Assembly: GCA_012295275.1 (NCBI GenBank) | Contig: CM022677.1 | Span: forward strand, 19,902,001 to 19,966,000 | Length of the DNA: 64,000 nucleotides | Direction of reading: 5' to 3' | DNA from: Chrysomallon squamiferum | Lineage: Eukaryota > Animalia > Mollusca | Made by a program: the position numbers and the translations under genes | Shown here: positions 1 through 35,669 of the stretch, piece after piece | How the letters are laid out: each line of letters starts with the position of its first letter | Position numbering within the stretch: position 1 is the stretch's first letter | The notes under the pieces: generated by a model | What the model was told of the DNA's origin: nothing | Database searches by the model: none | The model's input: the letters and a program-made list of their open reading frames with translations, nothing else

Positions 1-760
1 TTACTGCTACTATTATTGTACATTCAATTTACACGTAACGTTGATATTGATGTTGTTACTGCTACTATTATTGTTTATTCAATTTACTGCTACTATTATT
101 GTTTATTCAATTTACACCTAACGTTGATATTGATGTTGCTAATGCTACTATTATTCTACATTAATTTTACACGTAACGTTGATATTGATATTGCTACTAT
201 TATTGTTTTACTCATTATGTTGATATTGGTGTTGCTACTGTACTATTATTGTACATTAATTTTACACGTAACGTTGATATTGGTGTTGCTATTGCTATTA
301 TTATTGTACACTAATTTTACACGTAACGTTGATATTGGTGTTGCTATTGCTATTATTATTGTACATTCATTTTACACGTAACGTTGATATTACTGATGCC
401 ATCATTACACATTAATTTTAGACGCTGATGTTGGAGTTTGCATTGCTGCTGTCGTTGTCTTCATTTTAGTCTTGATATTGGTGTTGCGTTGTACATTAAT
501 TTTTTACACGATATTATACGTCAACGGCTGCACATTATTGTGTAACGTTGATATTACTGCCATCATTAAATTTTAGACTAATGTTGGAGTTTGATTGCTT
601 GTTATTGTTATCTGTCGTTACTAAAATTTGTACATTAAATTTGATACTGGTGTTGTTACATTATGTGTCATCTGCACATTAATTTTAGACGTTGCTTTGT
701 ACATTAATGTTATTGTACATAAAATTTGATACTGGTGTTGTTACTGATGTCATCACTGCG
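1..760. repeat. Degenerate ~55-bp tandem repeat (TTGTACATTAATTTTACACGTAACGTTGATATTGGTGTTGCTA...)
   Basis: Core TTTACACGTAACGTTGATATT recurs about seven times in 1-400, then more degenerate copies to ~860; ORF 16..381 is a translation of this repeat. Confidence 0.8.
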
Positions 761-1143
761 CATTTTTTTTTGGCAATGATGTTGATGTTGTTACTGCTGC
801 CATCGTAGAAGCTGTCCCAGTGCTGGTGCTGTTGAAGCAGTTATCATGGAACATTAATTTTAGACGTTGCCTCTTCCATCACAATGTTGTTGTCACTAAA
901 TTTCTAGATTTTTAGTTATTACGCTTTATGTGTTGTTGCTATGGTAATTATTGCTAAATATAAAGCTATAGACTTTATTCTCATAAATTTTGGGATGACT
1001 GTACAGAGAAGAACATATTACAAATATATAATAAAAAATTAAAATTAAAATGCACGTGCATAGACGTCTAACATGGAGGACATACTCTCTCACATACAGT
1101 TCATAATAACAAATATCACTTTGTTTTCATATAAATATATGTT

Positions 1144-1620
1144 TTAGCTATTAAACAAATTATTATATAAAATTATATTTTGGATGTCACGTTTATTTAT
1201 CTGGCATAACTTTTTTTTCGCATTAAATGTTATAGGATTATTACGTTCAGATATATAGTTATATTCATCTCCTAGTTTGTCAAGATTACAAATGTGGCAT
1301 TTTCTGTTTTCTCTTAGAATATCAAAACCGTCGTCCAGATTCAGCAGGACGTTTAACATTAGAGGTTTTAAATTTACATGAGATATTAGCATTCTTTAGT
1401 AACAGCACTATCGGTTAATTTTGCAATTTCAGTTCACTATGTTTTTTTAAATTTAATAATTAATATCCTCTGAAGACATTTCAGTTTCATTTTTCCATAC
1501 CCGTTTCAAGTAACCGCTTAATATAAAATTTGTTACATGTCCACATATATGTTAAACCACAGTCATCTATAATTATTATTATTTTTATATTTTTTACAAA
1601 TTTATTCCAAGAAGAATCGA
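1144..1620 (-). mobile_element. Decayed non-LTR retrotransposon (LINE, CR1/L2-like) ORF2 3' end
   Basis: Broken frames read IDDCGLTYMW... and ILRENRKCHICNLDKLGDEYNYI, resembling the R-x-C-x2-C-x5-GDEYH zinc-knuckle C-terminus of invertebrate LINE ORF2; stops/frameshifts. A related short piece (CTGAAGACATTTCAGTTT...TTCCATA) recurs at ~10900-10946. Confidence 0.65.
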
Positions 1621-2004
1621 TAACAGCTGTAAGGAAATCTTGTTTTGACTTTTGCAGTGCAGGTATTTCCAAAAGGTTATCAGCTATTCCTGTCATTACG
1701 ATGTTAGATATGGCTGGCACTAATATTATTATTGTGAAATTCTGTTGTTGCTGCTTTGTTTGTCTTGTACTCGTGACTTTTGATGATGGCGTTTTTGCTG
1801 TTGTTAAAATATTGCTTACTTTAGGTATATGTTTTCAGTAAGATTATGACGTTTTCCTGGATATGTTGTTGAATTTTCTGGCAACGCTGCTGATGTCGTA
1901 GTTTTCATTGCTAGTTCTGTATATTATTGTTACTGCTTTTCTTAGAATTATTTTTGTTATTATTCTTCCTATTGTTAAGGGTAGTTTTGTTGCTTTTGTT
2001 TTTT

Positions 2005-2076
<72 letters not shown>

Positions 2077-2085
2077 TGTATCATG

Positions 2086-2125
<40 letters not shown>

Positions 2126-2217
2126 CAACAACAATAACATAATATTATTAGTATTAATGATATTAATAGTAGTAAGAGTAATAGTACCATTTCTACAGCA
2201 AAACAACAACTACAACA

Positions 2218-2275
<58 letters not shown>

Positions 2276-2311
2276 TTACTACTCTCATCATCCTTTTTAT
2301 TATTATTTCAG

Positions 2312-4065
<1,754 letters not shown>

Positions 4066-4355
4066 ATATGAAGATGACTATTCTCATTAGGTACCATAAT
4101 GTGGACACGTTACTCAGCTAAAACTCAGTAGCAGACAGCTCTGAGTACGTAGTTGTAAAACGATACTTGAAACCATTATAATTATTTATTTATATAATTC
4201 ATATCTATTTTCAAAATATTAGAGGTCATATTTGCATAATAAAAAGCAGAGTAAACACGTGTTATTTGAATGATTGCATTCAGTATAGTTTTTGGACAAA
4301 AAAAATTGAAAACATTTTTTTTTTTTTTTTTTTTATTGTCCTTGAACCGACCGTG

Positions 4356-4408
<53 letters not shown>

Positions 4409-4952
4409 AATTAATTTTTCCCTCTTTATCATTAAAACAAAAAGCATTCATCTTCTAAAATCTGTAAAGTTTTTAAAAATCATTGATCCATGCTACAATA
4501 AAACGAAATTAATTTTAGAAATTCGTTATTTTTATATATTTTATTTTATTTATATTTTATTTTTTTTTTTTTATTTTTTTATTTTTTATATATATATATA
4601 TATTTATATATATTTATTTAGAAAAAAAAAAATTAATATGAAACCTAACATACAGTGATGAAAATAATTTAAATAATTATATTAAGAAACTAGTTACTGA
4701 AAGAATAAAAGAAACTAAAAAAATAAAAACTAGAAGAAGAAGAACAACAACAACAGCAAACAATAAAAAGAAAATGACGAAAGATACGAAAGAAAGAAAA
4801 CAGGACAAGAAAACAAGCACTAGGTATATATATATACAACGACGGCTACGGTGGTTATATTGAAAACCTACAGCGGCTACGTCAGTGTTCATTAAGACTG
4901 CTATACGAAGAGTCACGACACCACCCCCAGAAATTTAGATCCGCCCCTGATT

Positions 4953-15229
<10,277 letters not shown>

Positions 15230-15443
15230 GATTAGATAACTCTGTAACAATAATAATAATAATGACGATGTTGATAATAATAAAAAGAAGAAGAAGAATC
15301 ATCGATGATGATGATTATTATTATTATTATTATTATTGTTGTTGTTGTTGTTGTTGTTGTTTTTGTTGTTATTGTTATTGTTATTATTATTGTTGTTGTT
15401 TTTATTAATATTATTATTATAATCATCATTATCATTATTATTA

Positions 15444-15490
<47 letters not shown>

Positions 15491-15854
15491 ATTATTATTA
15501 TAATATTACATAACATTACTGATGCTAAAAGAGATATAATTATAATACTAAAAATGGACAAATCAGTAGATATCAACAGAGAAAAGATTTTATAGATATC
15601 AGTATCTATGTTCTAGATACCAATATATTTTAATGTTATTTAGACATAAGCAGGCTGCACTTTATTTACACATCGGTAAACAAAATAATATCTAGATATC
15701 AATAGTGAAACTTTGTCTACGTGTCAATAGCCATAACGTCATCTAGATGTCAGTAGACAAAAAAAAAAATTGTCGTTACTAGATATCTGTATTGCTGTCA
15801 CTAATGTTATCTAGATATCTTTGGTCCTTAACGTTATCTGAAAGACGTTGGATT

Positions 15855-15933
<79 letters not shown>

Positions 15934-15937
<4 letters not shown>

Positions 15938-15985
15938 GGTTTAATCTAGCCGTGACGACATTGTAATTTTAAAAATAAAATAATG
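15934..15985. repeat. Dispersed repeat copy 1 following (GA)n tract
   Basis: (GA)n-ATTAGGTTTAATCTAGCCGTGACGACATTGTAATTTTAAAAATAAAATAAT, nearly identical to 29493-29544. Confidence 0.8.
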
Positions 15986-16000
15986 ATTGCATAAACTTAC

Positions 16001-16062
16001 AGTTTTTTTGCTGTACTCTGCTCTCTAGCAATCGTAAGCCGAGAGGTTTCTCTGTTTATATA
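16001..16062 (-). promoter_or_regulatory. Probable TATA box and short non-coding first exon of the Hint gene
   Basis: Minus-strand TATATAAA at 16062-16055; perfect GTAAGT donor at 16000-15995 about 55 nt downstream; acceptor before the ATG exon at ~15243. Confidence 0.45.
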
Positions 16063-17330
16063 GCACTTCTAAAAACTACCACGATAAAACATCTACTTCA
16101 GCCAAAATCTACGACCCATGCCTAATTTTAATAATTTATGTTAATTATATGTCTTTAAATGTCACTGAAAGTCAGTAAATAATTAATATTAATTGATAAT
16201 CTAATTTATTAATTTGAGCTGTCAAGTTCGTTTTGATACATTTCTTGTTCGTTTCTAACTTAGATTTCTCGATATTTACCACTGTGAACTTTTTTTATGT
16301 TTTATTTTGCCTCTGTTATTAAATTATTGCGTTGTTTTTTGGTTGCTTTGTTGTTGCTGTCATTATTATTATGATTATTTTATTGTTTTATTACAATTAT
16401 TATTATTATTATTATTATTTAATATGTTTTTTGTTTATTTGTTTATGTTTTATTTTTTTTTATTTATTATTTTTTTATTATTATTATTATTTTTTATTTT
16501 TTGGGGTTATTATTTTAAATTAAAATAAATTTCAAAGAAAACGTCACAGGCTTTGCTAATCCAGTTGCTGAACAGATGGCTAGATCGGGAAAACGAGTTC
16601 TGATCAAGTAAGAAGATTCGACACTGCTACCAAACCGGCCTAGGCCTCGCGTTTTACCACTAACACAAGAACAGCAACGAAAACAACAACAACAATAATT
16701 TTTCCCCCCTTTAATCAAATTCCTCCCACCTTTCAGCCCAGCTTTCTCTGTATACACCTGTAAATTACCTGTAAATTACCTGTATCTTTATTACTTATCA
16801 GCTGCATTAATTAATTGTTGGTCCAGATTCTGGTCAATAACATTTGTTAATTAGAAAACACTGTGAAATACAGCGCGTTATTCTAGCAGTTTCACATCGC
16901 GTGTTTTTATTGTTAGTTACACATTGATATGTTTGTGTGTTCAGTCCTTCTGTATGTGCGTTGTAAATGCATGTTGTGAATGTGTTTATGTTATATACGT
17001 GCGTTTTGAATGCATGTTGTGTATATGTTTGTGTTTATAATGTAGTACGTTGAAAATGTATGTTTGTGTTTGTGTTTCAGTCTTTGTGGATGTAGTGTGT
17101 GCTATTTCTGTGTTGTGCATTGTGTTTGTGTTTTGTATTATATATGCACGTGAGTTTGTATGTTAGTTTGCACGTGCGTTTGTGAAATGTATGTGTATAT
17201 GTTTCTGTATCTGTTTGTGTTATATATATTTTGTTTATGTATATAAGTACGTAACGTAAGTATATTTGTATGAATGCCTCTGGATGCGTATTTATATCAA
17301 GTATATATATATGTATGGTTGGATGAGTTT

Positions 17331-17370
<40 letters not shown>

Positions 17371-17949
17371 GATACATATATATATATATATATATGAATG
17401 AGTGTTTCTGGGTCTGTATCTGTATATTTGTATGTATGTAAGTTCGTATAACTATTATGTATGTATGTTTGTATAGATATATACACACATACACGCATAC
17501 GCACGCACATACACATACACATATATAAATATATATATATATGTTGTGTATATATCTATTTATACAAACATACATACATAATATTTATCCAAACTTATGT
17601 CTGTATACGTGTGTGTGATTGTGTGTGTGTATTTATGCAAACATGCATACATAATATTGTATCTAATATACTTATATATATATACATACAATAACAGAAA
17701 GCGATGCTGGCGGACATTCGTAATTAACACAGATATATTTATTTTATTAGTTTATTATTAATTATATTTCACTTTTATTAGTCCTCGTACACAAAAGACA
17801 ACAATCTGTTTCTCTTCTGCTGCACTGAACACCAATCAAGCTGAAACGACTTATGTAAACGTACATATTAACTGAGCACCCGTCTGCTACATATAGGGGT
17901 TCGTTAGACTGGTGCGTTGCCAGTGTTTTGTAGACTCCGCTTTGCAAAC

Positions 17950-27371
<9,422 letters not shown>

Positions 27372-28426
27372 ACAGCGTATAAAGGCTTCTCTGGTTGTTG
27401 TTATTATTATTATTATTATATGACGTCATTGTTAAAAATCTATGTTGATGACGTTATCTGTTGTATTACGTCTTAGTGATAAATATTTTTTGACGGTGTT
27501 TTTGATGACATCATAATAGAAAAATATATTTTGATGACGTCCGTGTTTAAAAATATTTTGATGACGTCATTATTGAAATATGCTCTGATGAGGTCAATAT
27601 TAAAATATAAACACAGTTATCTTGTTTTTCTAATTTTTTTTTTTTTTCTTTTGTTTTTTTTTGTTTTAAAAAAAAAAAAATTTTTGTTGTTGTTTTGTTC
27701 TTTTGGGGGGTTTTGTTGGGGTTTTTTAGGTTTCAAAACATTACATTTCAACGAGTCTTTTTTGGGGGGACTTTCTCTCTATCCATATAATCCATTTGTC
27801 TGTCTATCTATTTATCTGTCAGGTCATCTTTCCTTTTTTTTTTTTTTTTCTCATTTTAATAACTCGTGTATTACGTCATATGTTATGTCATACCAAATAA
27901 TACACTGACTTTAAATAAAACGAAAAAAAAAACAAAAAAGACGTTAAAACATTATTAAAATATATTCTTGCTTTAATCTATCTACGTTAAAATTTAATCA
28001 ACTTCAGAATGAAACAGATTTATCTCCCTTCGATCAGAGACGTGTCAGTTACTGAGCATCTTCTTAAAGTTTGTCTCGGTGTAGTCCAAGTACGGGCAAT
28101 TCGATGACGTAGGTTAACGGTTTCTCCTGCTTGTGAGGTCGTGATTGGACTTTGTCCTCCTGCGCCAGTGCGTCCACGAAAATTGTCTAAGTGCAGAGTC
28201 TAATCAGACGTATATACATACACAGATATATTATAGATACATGCGTAGATATTATGAGGCATATACAGATATTTAAAAAAAAAAATGAATACATAAATAT
28301 ATATATATATATATATATATTTACACAAAAACATACGCACACAGAACACACACATACACAAATGCACATGCATACATATGATAAGAAGAAGAAGAAACAC
28401 TTATTCTGATTAAACAAACAAACAAA

Positions 28427-28461
<35 letters not shown>

Positions 28462-28905
28462 AGCGAAACACAAAATAATAAAAATAATTCCCATGCAAGA
28501 TAACTAAAATCAGCCGAAAAAAAAAATTAAAAAAAACGTCTGATATACCCGCTTGAAGTGAACTTTTGTGACGGAGATAAAAAAAAAAATCACATGAGTT
28601 TCACAGTTTCAAATCATGACCTTATTTGAGTCAGTGAACAATACATATTTTATTACCTACGTCAATTTATCTTTTCTTTTTAATTGTGAGATAAAATAGA
28701 AAGGTCCGGGTTTGGAAGTGGCGGGGGAGGGGGTATTTCTATATTCATTTATCAGAAACATTGCTAAATGTAATACTACAGCTACTACAACATTGACTGT
28801 AACATTGTCGCCGCTGTTCACTTGTATTAGATCTTACAAATAAAACAACCAATACCGCTACTATAACTATTTTGTTTTCTACTAGTTTAAGTGCTACTGA
28901 TGTTA

Positions 28906-28941
<36 letters not shown>

Positions 28942-29415
28942 TTTGCTGCTACTACTACTACTACTACTATCTAGTAGTTGCAGCTTACTAATACTATTCA
29001 TAGGTGGTACTACTACTACTTCTACCACTACTACTATTCCTGTTACTAAAACTACAACTACTATTGCATTACTATTATTGATTCTACTTAATCTACTACT
29101 ACTGTTTTGACGACACTGATAATTTAACGTTAAAATAAAATTCAGAACTTTTTGTTAATTTATGTAAAATTGTAAGTTTGGGTCTCATTCTGAACAAATT
29201 TTAATTGTCTAATGTAAACGTCCGTCTAATCTCCTTGTATTTATTTCCATTTCAATTACTAAATTGTATTTTATAACTTAGAATATTTCTCCACTGTATG
29301 AAATATTTATCAGCTCTCTCTATTTAACTTGTTATTAAAACAGATGTTATTAGCTGACCTTGTAATCTGTCTCTCTCTCTCTCTAGCTCTCTCTCTCAAG
29401 TCTTTTACTCTCAGC

Positions 29416-29492
<77 letters not shown>

Positions 29493-29495
<3 letters not shown>

Positions 29496-29544
29496 CGGTT
29501 TAATCTAGCCGTGACGACATTGTAATTTTAAAAATAAAATAATT
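29493..29544. repeat. Dispersed repeat copy 2 following (GA)n tract
   Basis: Same ~50-bp sequence and orientation as 15934-15985. Confidence 0.8.
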
Positions 29545-29934
29545 TTCTGTTAATAATAAATGGTACCAGATTTTAATAAATCACACGCACACACACAAAT
29601 ACAGACACACACATATAATACTCACATGCACATACAGATTTATTATATTCTCTCTCTCTGTGTGTTCAAGGTATGTATTATATTAATGTGTTCTAATGTG
29701 CTCTACGTATTTATTGTACAAATGTGTTCTTCGTATGTATTAAACTAATGTTTTCTGTGTATGTGTGTACGTACTCATACTAATCTTACAAACGACTCTT
29801 CACAAAAATTATTTTATTCCAGAGTATCTGAAAACATGTTGAACACCGAAAATAACATTAAATCATTCCCGAGATTCCAATTCCAAGTGGCTGACGTCAT
29901 TTTGCTTGATTCACAATAAAATGACGTCATAACT

Positions 29935-30651
29935 TTATACGTCATTTTCTCCTTTCGCACACTCCTTTGGACAGAAAAACGAAGATTTCCCGTTACAAAG
30001 GAAGGAACACAATCTGCTGCCGTGGGATAACGGATTTGACGTTGTAGTAGTTGCAATTTTCCGTGTCGTTGATGGTGTTGATTTTAATTTGGTTGGCCGG
30101 AGAGTTGTCGTACTTCTCGAAGTTGTAGCTGGTTTCGTTGTTGTCAATTTTTGTGACGTTGTTGCGGTAGTTGTTGGTTTCGTGGTCGTTGTAGTAGTGG
30201 TTGTTGGCCTCAGAGTGGTTGTTGTATTTCTGGTGGAGGCTTCTTTGTCTGTTGTTCGCGGAGGATTGTGGTCCGGCAAGATGGAAATGTCCGCGCAGCC
30301 GTAGAACTGTTCTTGTTCGTTTCCGCATCCGGTGCAGCACTTGGCACGCGGTGTGTACAGCCACCGTGACGTCATTCCAGCAACCCCACCGTGACGTTAT
30401 TAAAGTCGATTAATGTTTAACTGAAAATTAAACTAAGAGGGTGTTTTTAATCTATATATATATGTGTGTATTGTTGTTGTTGTTATTGTTTTTGAATAAA
30501 GGGGTAAACCAAATAAATGAATAAATAACTAAACAAAGAAGAAATACTAGCAATTACAGTAATGTAAGACAGTGTCTCAGTTTGCTGGTAAGCTGAAAAA
30601 AGGAGAGACAGGTAGATATATGGATAGATGAATGGATACATACACACATAC

Positions 30652-30713
<62 letters not shown>

Positions 30714-31606
30714 CCCTTTACAGAAACCGAAATACAAAGACTCAGACAAACAAATAATGACTGTGACAAACAAGAATATGTTATTAGATTGTGTGTGTGT
30801 GTGTGTGTGTACAAGAGAGAAACACAGACAGACAGACAGATATTGGGAGAAAGACAGCGTGTGAGAGATAGTGAGGAAGAAATGCATGCAGAGCGAAAGA
30901 GACTCAAACAAAACCAGAAAGAGAGACAAACAGACAAACAGACGGGACACGTAATCTACTTGTAAATCTAACGAGTGTGAGCTATAAACAGAACCCAATA
31001 TCACCTGCTACATATTTCCACTGCATCACGCACTGTTTGCACGTGAGGTCTGCAGGCAGCTTCACATCCACGTCATAGAACTTATTCTCCCACGTTTCCA
31101 AGGGAAACCGAATCCGCCCGTTGGTCTGACGTAATACGTGTTCTTCCAGACACTCCTCCGTGGCAGCCACTTTGCGGTCGTTCACGGGACAGAGCCGGAA
31201 TTCGAAGTATCCTTTGTGGTTGGTTGTCAGCTGAACGGTGACGGTGATTGTCTGCCCCTGTTTGTAGCTCTTCACGATGGTTCCTGTGGCGTACTTCCCC
31301 CCTGCTTCGTGCGGGCGGGGAAAGTCGTCGTATTTGTCGCCGCAGACGCCACATTTCCCGCCCATTTTCTCGTGTTGGTACTGCGGAGGTGGAATATTAA
31401 CTTTTTTATTTTATTTTTATTTTACACTAGTTTAACTTAGTTTAGTTTAATTTAATTTAGCGTAAGTATGTTTCATTTTTGATTTATTTAGTTACTGAGA
31501 TAATCAGTTAATTAGTTACTTATATATTTACGTATTTATTTATGTTTAATTTATTTATTTATTTATTTATATATGATTATTATTATTATTATAATCATCA
31601 TTTATA

Positions 31607-31651
<45 letters not shown>

Positions 31652-31680
31652 TATTATTATTATAATCATCATCATTTATA

Positions 31681-31757
<77 letters not shown>

Positions 31758-32128
31758 CCATTTTTATTATTCCGGTATTATATTTCTAAATGATGTTTGA
31801 CATCACAAGCTATTTTACACACACCAAATGAGATACTTCATATTTAAATCCACTTCGAAGCATACAATATTATCTCCCTTTTCTTGCACACCACACTTAC
31901 CTCCCTTCCTCCACAGAACTGTTCGTTGTCTTGGTAATCAATGGGTGTGTCGAATCCATACCTCCATGCTGTCGCTCTTCCTGGAGGGTCAGTCAAACGT
32001 CCATGACCTTCTGATAAGCTCAGGAGAGTAGAAATGATGCAGATGAATGAAAATATTGTTTTCTTCTAAACTGCGCTGAAATAAATTAAAGATATTTTCT
32101 CGTTCTCTCTCTCTCTGTCTCTCTCATA

Positions 32129-32165
<37 letters not shown>

Positions 32166-32832
32166 TTTTATGTTTTATATGTATAGAGAGAGAGACAGAG
32201 ACAGAGAGAGAGAGAGAGATAGAGAGAGAGGGAGAGGGAGGGAGATACACACGCACCTAAAGGTGTATGTATGTATGTCTGTATGTATGTAACTCGTAGA
32301 TACCTTCTTAGAAACAAACATATATATGTAAGATGCATACATATATAGAACTATGTAATTATACATGAGTGTGTGTATAAATACATAAATAAAAAAACAT
32401 ACATATACATACCTACATATTTATAGATATGTGTGTCTGTGTGTCTGTGTGTGTGTATAAATACATAAATACAAATAAATATAAGCACACACACACACAC
32501 ACACGCACACAGGCACACTGAAAACGGCTATTTAATCGTATTTGCGTCCTACCACAACACATAAAAATATTCTTAAGGCAACTTTCACTTATTTCTAAAA
32601 CTCCTGTAACACACTTACTTCTAAAACTCCTGTAACAGACTTACTTATAAAACTCCTGTACCAGACTTACTTCTAAAACTCCTGTAACAGACTTACTTAT
32701 AAAACTCCTGTACCAGACTTACTTCTAAAACTCCTGTAACAGACTTACTTATAAAACTCCTGTAACACACTTACTTCTAAAACTCGACGCTTTCAAAACT
32801 CCTGTATATATTCTTCTTACTCGCACTTTCAT
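29935..32832 (-). CDS. AA15-type lytic polysaccharide monooxygenase (chitin-binding type-4 domain), paralogue a
   Basis: Probable micro first exon 32832-32821 (MKVR), exon 32065-31901 (KKTIFSFICIISTLLSLSEG|HGRLTDPPGRATAWRYGFDTPIDYQDNEQFCGGRE; His1 at 32005-32003), exon 31380-31005 (GKCGVCGD...LTTNHKGYFEFRLCP...QWKYVA), last exon ~30420-29935 (CTGCGNEQEQFYGCADI, Thr-rich linker, 4-Cys tail); start of last exon is garbled. Confidence 0.88.
32587..32786. repeat. 26-bp tandem repeat (~7.5 copies) carrying minus-strand splice signals
   Basis: ACTTACTTCTAAAACTCCTGTAACAG units at 32587, 32613, 32639, 32665, 32691, 32717, 32743, 32769, with alternating variants (52-bp higher order). Confidence 0.9.
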
Positions 32833-32882
32833 TCAACGTTGACAGTCATCTAGAGAAAGACAAGTACTTTCTACAACTAACC

Positions 32883-32890
32883 TTTTTATA
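32883..32890 (-). promoter_or_regulatory. Probable TATA box of LPMO paralogue a
   Basis: Minus-strand TATAAAAA ~50 nt upstream of ATG at 32832, followed by a GTAAGA donor at 32820. Confidence 0.45.
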
Positions 32891-33555
32891 CGTGAATACG
32901 TGAAAACTGTAATTAAACAGCTCTGACAAAGAAAGTAATTTTCTAATTTACTTTGCCTTCACGTATTTAAATTCTACAACAAAACCGCTTAGTACGTGTG
33001 TAAGAGAAAATTAAGTCTAATTAACCGGATAGTAGGTAAAATCAAATATATAAAAAAATACGTCACTTCATTCTCGTGTATGTAAATTCATCAGTAAACA
33101 TTCACAACCAAAAGAAGTTGAAAAAGAAAGAGAGAAAAAAAAAGAGATGGAAACAAAAGAAGAAAAACGAGAAAAAAAGGTCGCTCACGAAAGAAATAAA
33201 TTAAACGTGTTGTTTAACGAAACCAAACGACCTTGGAAAGGAAACAGAAATCTTTTGTGAGAGAAGACGAGTATTTGCTGACACTGACTGCACGCGCCTG
33301 TGACCAGTCTACGAACTGTAATGACGGACAGCGCATCAAATGTTGGTTATTGGTGTAAAATGATTCACGTTCTTTTTTTTTTTTTTTTGTTTGTTTTTCT
33401 GGGCACCCTTGACTAATGCAGTATGAGTGTTTAAATATCTTTGTAATTCTGTATTCGCCAAGTGTGTGTTCGTGTGTGTGTGTGTGTGTGTATATACAGA
33501 TGTTTGTACATATATATCATATATGTGTGGGTGCCCGTGCGCGTTCATTTATATG

Positions 33556-33709
<154 letters not shown>

Positions 33710-34374
33710 AATAAATATATGTGCGTGTCTGTGTATATCCGTGTGTAAATATATAAATATAACTATATATATATGTGTGTGTGTCTGTGTTGTGTTGTGT
33801 ATATATGTGTAAATATGAGTGTAAATAAATTTGTAAATATGTATGTGTGTGTTCTTTTTCTTCTTTCTCTTTCTATCTTCTTTCTTTTCTATCTCTTTAT
33901 ATATATATATATATATCCTTTCCCTCTCATACAGCTAACATTTTTAAAAATGCACTGACTATCGAGAAATGACAATTTAAAAAAATTAAAAAATTAAAAA
34001 ATGTGTTTTTACTTATAATCACAACAACCAGCTGCTTCCCATTTTCCTCCAACCGACAACTGAAACGTGACGCACCGCGAAGCAGCGCCTACGACTGCAA
34101 CGTGAAGCCTGGAGGTCACCTGAAGGTCAGCTTAGACACGTCATCAAGAAACGTGAACGGTCGATACTGAAACATTTTGCGAGAGACTGGTACTGCGCAT
34201 TCACCGCAGTCTCGCGTAGTTTACAACAGGAATCCAGTGTACGTGACTTCGTGCGTGTCGTAGCGGTCGACGTTCAGTGTTTGTGTCGTGACGATGTTGA
34301 CTTAGATGACTGCGCCGTTTATCCCTGATAGACCCGATTTGTTTACAGAGGATAAATACTGAATAAGAGAGGGA

Positions 34375-34507
<133 letters not shown>

Positions 34508-34619
34508 TAAGAGGGAAGAGAGAAAGAGAGATAGAAAGAGAGAGAGAGAGAGAGAAGAGAGAGAAGAGGAGAATAGGTAATAAAATAAATTACAAGTATG
34601 AATAAGTAATGTTTATGTT

Positions 34620-34695
<76 letters not shown>

Positions 34696-34870
34696 ACCTT
34701 TCTATATATCATATTCTCTATTCACATACACGCTGCTTTTGTTTTCTTCGTATTTCATCATATTTTTATATCTATAAATAAATCGTCATCTTTTTATGAG
34801 TATGTAACAACGTCAATAATAATACAACATCAACAACAACAACAGTAATATTACTAATAACAACAACAAC

Positions 34871-34924
<54 letters not shown>

Positions 34925-35555
34925 TCGCTATTAAAAAAAAACATCGAGAAGATATTTCTTAGAAAATAATTTTCGTACAATTTAATTTATTTAGACAGGA
35001 AAATGACCAAAAAAAAAAAAAAAAAAAAAAAAAAGTTAAATATTTAAACATCTAAGAAAAGACTGAAAAGAAATTATTTTTCATGTTTGTTTTCTTACGA
35101 TATTTCGTTTCTGTTTGTAAGGCTCGAACCTAAGAACCATTGTGTTTTACTACATCAAAGCAAATATTAATCCTTTCACTCAGTCGGGATGTTTGCCGCC
35201 ATTGTTTACTTTGCATGTCGGGAACAAAATGTGTTGACGGGTAGAAAATGGGTAAACGTGACGTATAACGGGGAACTCTTTTGTCAGAAGAAGTAAGAAA
35301 AGAAAAGGATGAACGCAAGAGGGAAAACTGGCCACTGAGGTCCAGTTTGGGTGAACAGAAAGTTTATTTTTTTCTTTACTTTTTATTTTTTTTATTTTCT
35401 TTGTTTGTTTTTCTTTCTTTTCGTTTTGTTTTGTTTTGTTTGTTTGTTTTTGTTTTGTTTTTTTGTTTGTTTTCTTTTTTTTATCGTTTTCTTATCTCCC
35501 CCTCCTCCGAGTAACTGGTTTGTTTTTCTGGGCAGAATTTATATCGTCATTTCTT

Positions 35556-35669
<114 letters not shown>

